A stretch of 64,000 nucleotides of DNA from Lama guanicoe (Eukaryota). A model generated the notes under the pieces. It did no database searches and was not told where the DNA came from. It worked only from the letters and a program-made list of their open reading frames with translations. The DNA lies in NCBI GenBank assembly GCA_013239625.1, contig MU054466.1, positions 310,001-374,000 of the forward strand, written 5' to 3'. Below, one piece after another: positions 60,241-64,000 of the stretch. Position 1 is the first letter of the stretch. Each line of letters starts with the position of its first letter. Position numbers and translations under genes: made by a program.

Positions 60241-61373
60241 TCCCCAGCCAGGAGGCGGGCGGACGGACGGACAGACGGACGTGTCCCACCCTACCCCCAC
60301 CCCTCCCGACCCCAGACCAAAGTGCTGACAGGGCCCGGCCCACACCGCCACCATTCCCCGGGGCAGCCTCCTGCCGGCCCGTCCCTCCTCCTTCCTCCCA
60401 GCCCACAGGCCCCAGCCTCCTCGGTGGTCTCGTGTCGTTGCTGCTTCCGCCTGTGCTGTGGGGGGGGGCTCCAACCCAGGCCTCCACCTCCCCTTCTGTG
60501 TTACTTAAGGTTCCCCCACTGTCCTGACATGCCCCAAGGCCCTGGCTTTTTCGAGGTCTCAGGGTGTTCGGGTCCCTTGGGCCTTTATGGTTGCCCCGAC
60601 TCCCGATCTGTCTCCCCACCTTGGGGGTAGGGTGTACCATGGAGGGCCTTGTGCAGGGGTTGTTCTCAGCTTTCACTTCTCCTGGTCAGTCCACCCATCA
60701 CTGTCAGTAACCGTCTAACCATGATGCCTTAACATGTGGAACGTGTGCCGTGGGGGCGTCACTGACCTCTAACCCTGTGTCTGCATGAGCATGTGGTCTC
60801 CCCCAGTCCCCACCCTGTCTGCAGTCCCTGAGGCCCAGGAAGGTGTGGGATGTGCCCCTGCTGCTCCCCACCTGCCAGGGCTTGGCCAACCCCCTTTCCT
60901 CGGCCAGGGCTTCGGGGACGGCTCCAGGGGCTTGGGAAAGCCAAATTGCCAAAATTTAAGTGGCCTCCAGTCCCACCTGGGATGCTGGGTGACCTCACGC
61001 CTCTGCCTTCTCTGTCCCAGTGGGCAGTGCCTAGAGCCCCCAGACCCACCAGAGAGCCCTCGGCGGATACAGCCAGCGGCCGAGCCTTACTCGTCCCTCC
61101 TGGGCCTCCCGGCCTGGAGTCGTGTGCCTGGCCTGTCAGTATTTATTGCCTCCATATGTGCCGTTCTCTGGGCCCGCCGGCCTGCCGCCTCTGCCCCCAG
61201 GCTCGGTGCCACCGTCCCCAGCAGGCCCTCCCCGGACCCAGACAGGACAACTGTGGGACCAAGCTTGCACAGCTGGAGCCGCCCCCTGGTCCTCCCCTCC
61301 TGTCCCTTCCCCGGTCAGGCCCGGGCCTGGAACACACAGGAGCCTGTCCCTGCTTCTCCTTTTCTGACCGGGA

Positions 61374-61379
61374 AATAAA
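61374..61379 (+). terminator. ARHGDIA: ARHGDIA poly(A) signal
   Basis: AATAAA ~1.1 kb after the stop, followed by GU-rich sequence. Confidence 0.8.
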
Positions 61380-64000
61380 GTCCCCGTAAGGAGCCAGGGT
61401 GTGTGCCTCTCATCTCCTGGAGGGAGAAGGGGGAGCTGGGCCCTATGTCTCTGCTGCCCTGGGGCACAGGGCACGGCAGGATGACCAGGGCGGGTGCAGC
61501 AGTCTCTGCCCCTGTGACTGAAGGAGAATGGCTTTAAAGTCCTTCCTTGGTCACACCAGGCGGACCAGGCCGGTGCCGCCCTTTCGGCTGTGCACAGGTC
61601 CTGCAGGGGACGTGCAGGGCACAGTCAGACCCCCAGCCTCCTGGGGCGTCCAGTGCCCGGGGCGGGCTCCTGCGTCCTTGGGCACTGAGTCTCTGGGAGG
61701 AAGTATCCCCCAACCCGAGAGAAGGGAATCCTTGCTGGAGGCTTGGGAGCCCCACAAGAGGCAGGACTCAGGCACAAATAGAATGACTGGGTCCCAAAGG
61801 ATCCCACAGCAAGGACTCCAAGCCAGCAGGAGTGTGGAGGGGAAGTTGGTGCCATGGGCCGCAGGGCCAGCAGAGAGGGTGACGTGGGAGGCCAGCCAAG
61901 CCCCAGCACTCAGTACTGCTGGGCAGGGGCAAGGGTCCAAGGCTGGAATTGACAAGGTGAGGGGCTGGGAGACTGGGACCCTCGCTGCACAGAGGAGCAG
62001 TAGAGTGCGGGGGTACGGGGGCCTGAAGGGCTGCCAGGTGCCGTGCATGCCCCAGAGGTGGTCCTGCTGACCAGTGGGGTCTCTAGGACCTCAGGGTGGC
62101 AGGAACGGTGTTGCCCCCTCTTTGAGCACCACCCCAAGAGCCCCCAGTAAGACGCCACCTCCCCAGCCCCTAAACAGGAAAGGGCCCATGGGAAACTCCA
62201 GCTCCAGACAGTCTGTTCAGGAAACCCCCTTTAATAGCTTCATGCTGGTTGCGGAATTTCCTCCCTCTGGTCTGAGCTGGTGAGCAGTGTCAGGCTAGGC
62301 AGCAAGGGCAGGGCCTGCCCTGACCACACCTCCCAGGGCCTGTCGGCAGGGTGAGCCCTCCCAGGAGCCTGCCACCAGCTGGGGCGGACCAGGAAGCAAC
62401 CCCCAGCCCCCATGTCGGGGACGACGTGCTATGCCAGGAGGATATGGCTCCCACAGGGCTCCCGTGGCCTTCCTTACCAGGGCCCCTGTGGGGTTCTGGA
62501 GACGGCCCTGTGATGGGTGACAGGACAAAATGCCACTTCCTGCAGCAGCTGGCCCAGGCATAAACCCAAGAGCCACAGTCCCTGGTCCTGAAATCCACAG
62601 GGTAGAGACCCCAACCGGCTTCTCCCAGAACTGGCCTGCCCCTGATGGGAGCAGGCAGGGAGACCGCACAGCTCTGGGCTGTAAGGCCCAAGGCCCGTCC
62701 CACTAAGCTCAGCCCTACATTTGGAGGGAGCCCCAAGCCAGGCACAGCCACTCCCTCTCCCAGTCCAGTTCCTGAAACGTCCAGTGAACATCTTCAAACC
62801 CAGGGTCAGCCTGTGTTGACAGCATTTTGGTTTATTGGGCCGGGGCCTTCTGAGGATCTGTCGGGCCAAAAGATCTACTATTTTTGTGCTTGGGTTTTCC
62901 AAGCCTTTGTGAGATGTGTGAACTCGGGCCCTGAGTGCCAGCTTGTCCAGGCACACTGCCAACAGCCAGGACTTTGCTCTGGCTCTTCCCCTGGTGAAGG
63001 ATGACACAAGGTGGCACCTGCTGGACCTGCATGACGTGTCTCTCAGGTCCCAAGTCTGAGCTGATTCTCCTGGTCCCTTCTGAACCCCTCTGTACAGCTC
63101 AGTGCTTGGGGCCTGGCCTCCCTGCTAGGTGAGCCCCTGCCTGCGCCCCTCCCTCTCCACTCCCTCCCTCCATCCGAGCCTCCCAGTCATCCCCCAGCTT
63201 CTGCCTCCCCAGCCACCCCCAGATGGCTCCTTCTTCCACTGAGGAGTGTGGCAGTGACACCAGGTCAGGGCCTTTAATGTGATTAACCAGCAGTTACTGT
63301 AGTTTACGAGAATCTCCGTATCCAGCACCACTCGGCTCTGCAGTCAGGGCCCACTTCAGTCCCTCTGGGCCACGCTCCCCACGGCGCCTGCTCCCAGTTC
63401 TCACCAGCGCCCCAGCTCACCCACGTGCAGGCAGCGTGGCCCATGGCACAGCTCTCCGTTTCCGCTGCTGCTCCGCAGTGGGCACGCACAGCCAGGGGTG
63501 TCCACCAGCCCCCTCATTAACTCCCTGCAGACCTCAAGCTTGATCCACAGGTTGAAAGGGAGTTGTTTTATTCTGAGAACTCTATTTTCGTGAGTAGTAT
63601 TTATCAAAACGTTTGATCACTCAGTTGTTCAACCAGTACTTAATGGGCACCTTCTCTGAGCATGAGAGGCCCCTGGAGGACGTCCTGAGGTCACCGTGCT
63701 GGGTCCAGAGAGACGCTACAGCTACAGGGGCGGGAGAGCCCTGACCTGCAAGGGCATATTCCACTGGCCTCTCCCTAGAGCTGTCCTCCAAAGGCATGTG
63801 AGCAGCCTGAGGAATAAGGAGACTCTCAGGGGTCCTCTCAGGGCTGAGGCTTGTAGAGAGGTTCAGTGAACCAGCCTGTGTTCTGGGGGCACCATGCACT
63901 CCTGCACCTCACCCAGCTACTGACCAACCCCATGGAGACTGGGAACCCCACTTTGCTGTTCCTACAGGGGTCTGTGTGCAAAGCGACTCAGGACAGGTGT

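Noticed and set aside
61400-64000. Next syntenic gene (P4HB) or a novel gene at the window end
   Set aside because: No CpG island or recognisable exons. Only short ORFs and L2-like remnants.

Overview
GC-rich, gene-dense mammalian genomic segment, syntenic to human 17q25.3 in reverse orientation. Two Vic-1-like tRNA-derived SINEs suggest a camelid (inference). Gene order: possible MYADML2 3' end, then PYCR1(+), MAFG(+), SIRT7(+), PCYT2(+), NPB(-), ANAPC11(-), ALYREF(+), an ~8 kb block of old repeats (L1, MER21-like, MLT1-like), and ARHGDIA(+). I reconstructed the exon structures by hand from splice sites and reading frame. They give SIRT7 400 aa, PCYT2 407/389 aa, NPB 123 aa, ANAPC11 84 aa, ALYREF 256 aa, ARHGDIA 204 aa and MAFG 162 aa. 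PYCR1 exon 6 and the MAFG basic region lie in N gaps. I found no supported new protein-coding gene. The best candidates for undescribed biology are all regulatory or non-coding: (1) a ~93-nt hairpin-forming element present twice, in ALYREF intron 2 and 6.5 kb downstream; (2) a candidate NMD poison exon in an AT-rich island of SIRT7 intron 9; (3) a perfect T-MARE palindrome plus two AREs in MAFG intron 1, suggesting autoregulation; (4) an NPB precursor with the RR site needed for NPB23 and a WYKQ N-terminus; (5) a consensus 5' splice donor 6 nt before the ARHGDIA start codon. PCYT2 also has a U12 intron and SIRT7 a GC-AG intron. All of these are sequence-level hypotheses that need conservation or RNA-seq checks. 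Repeat family names come from recall, not from a search.
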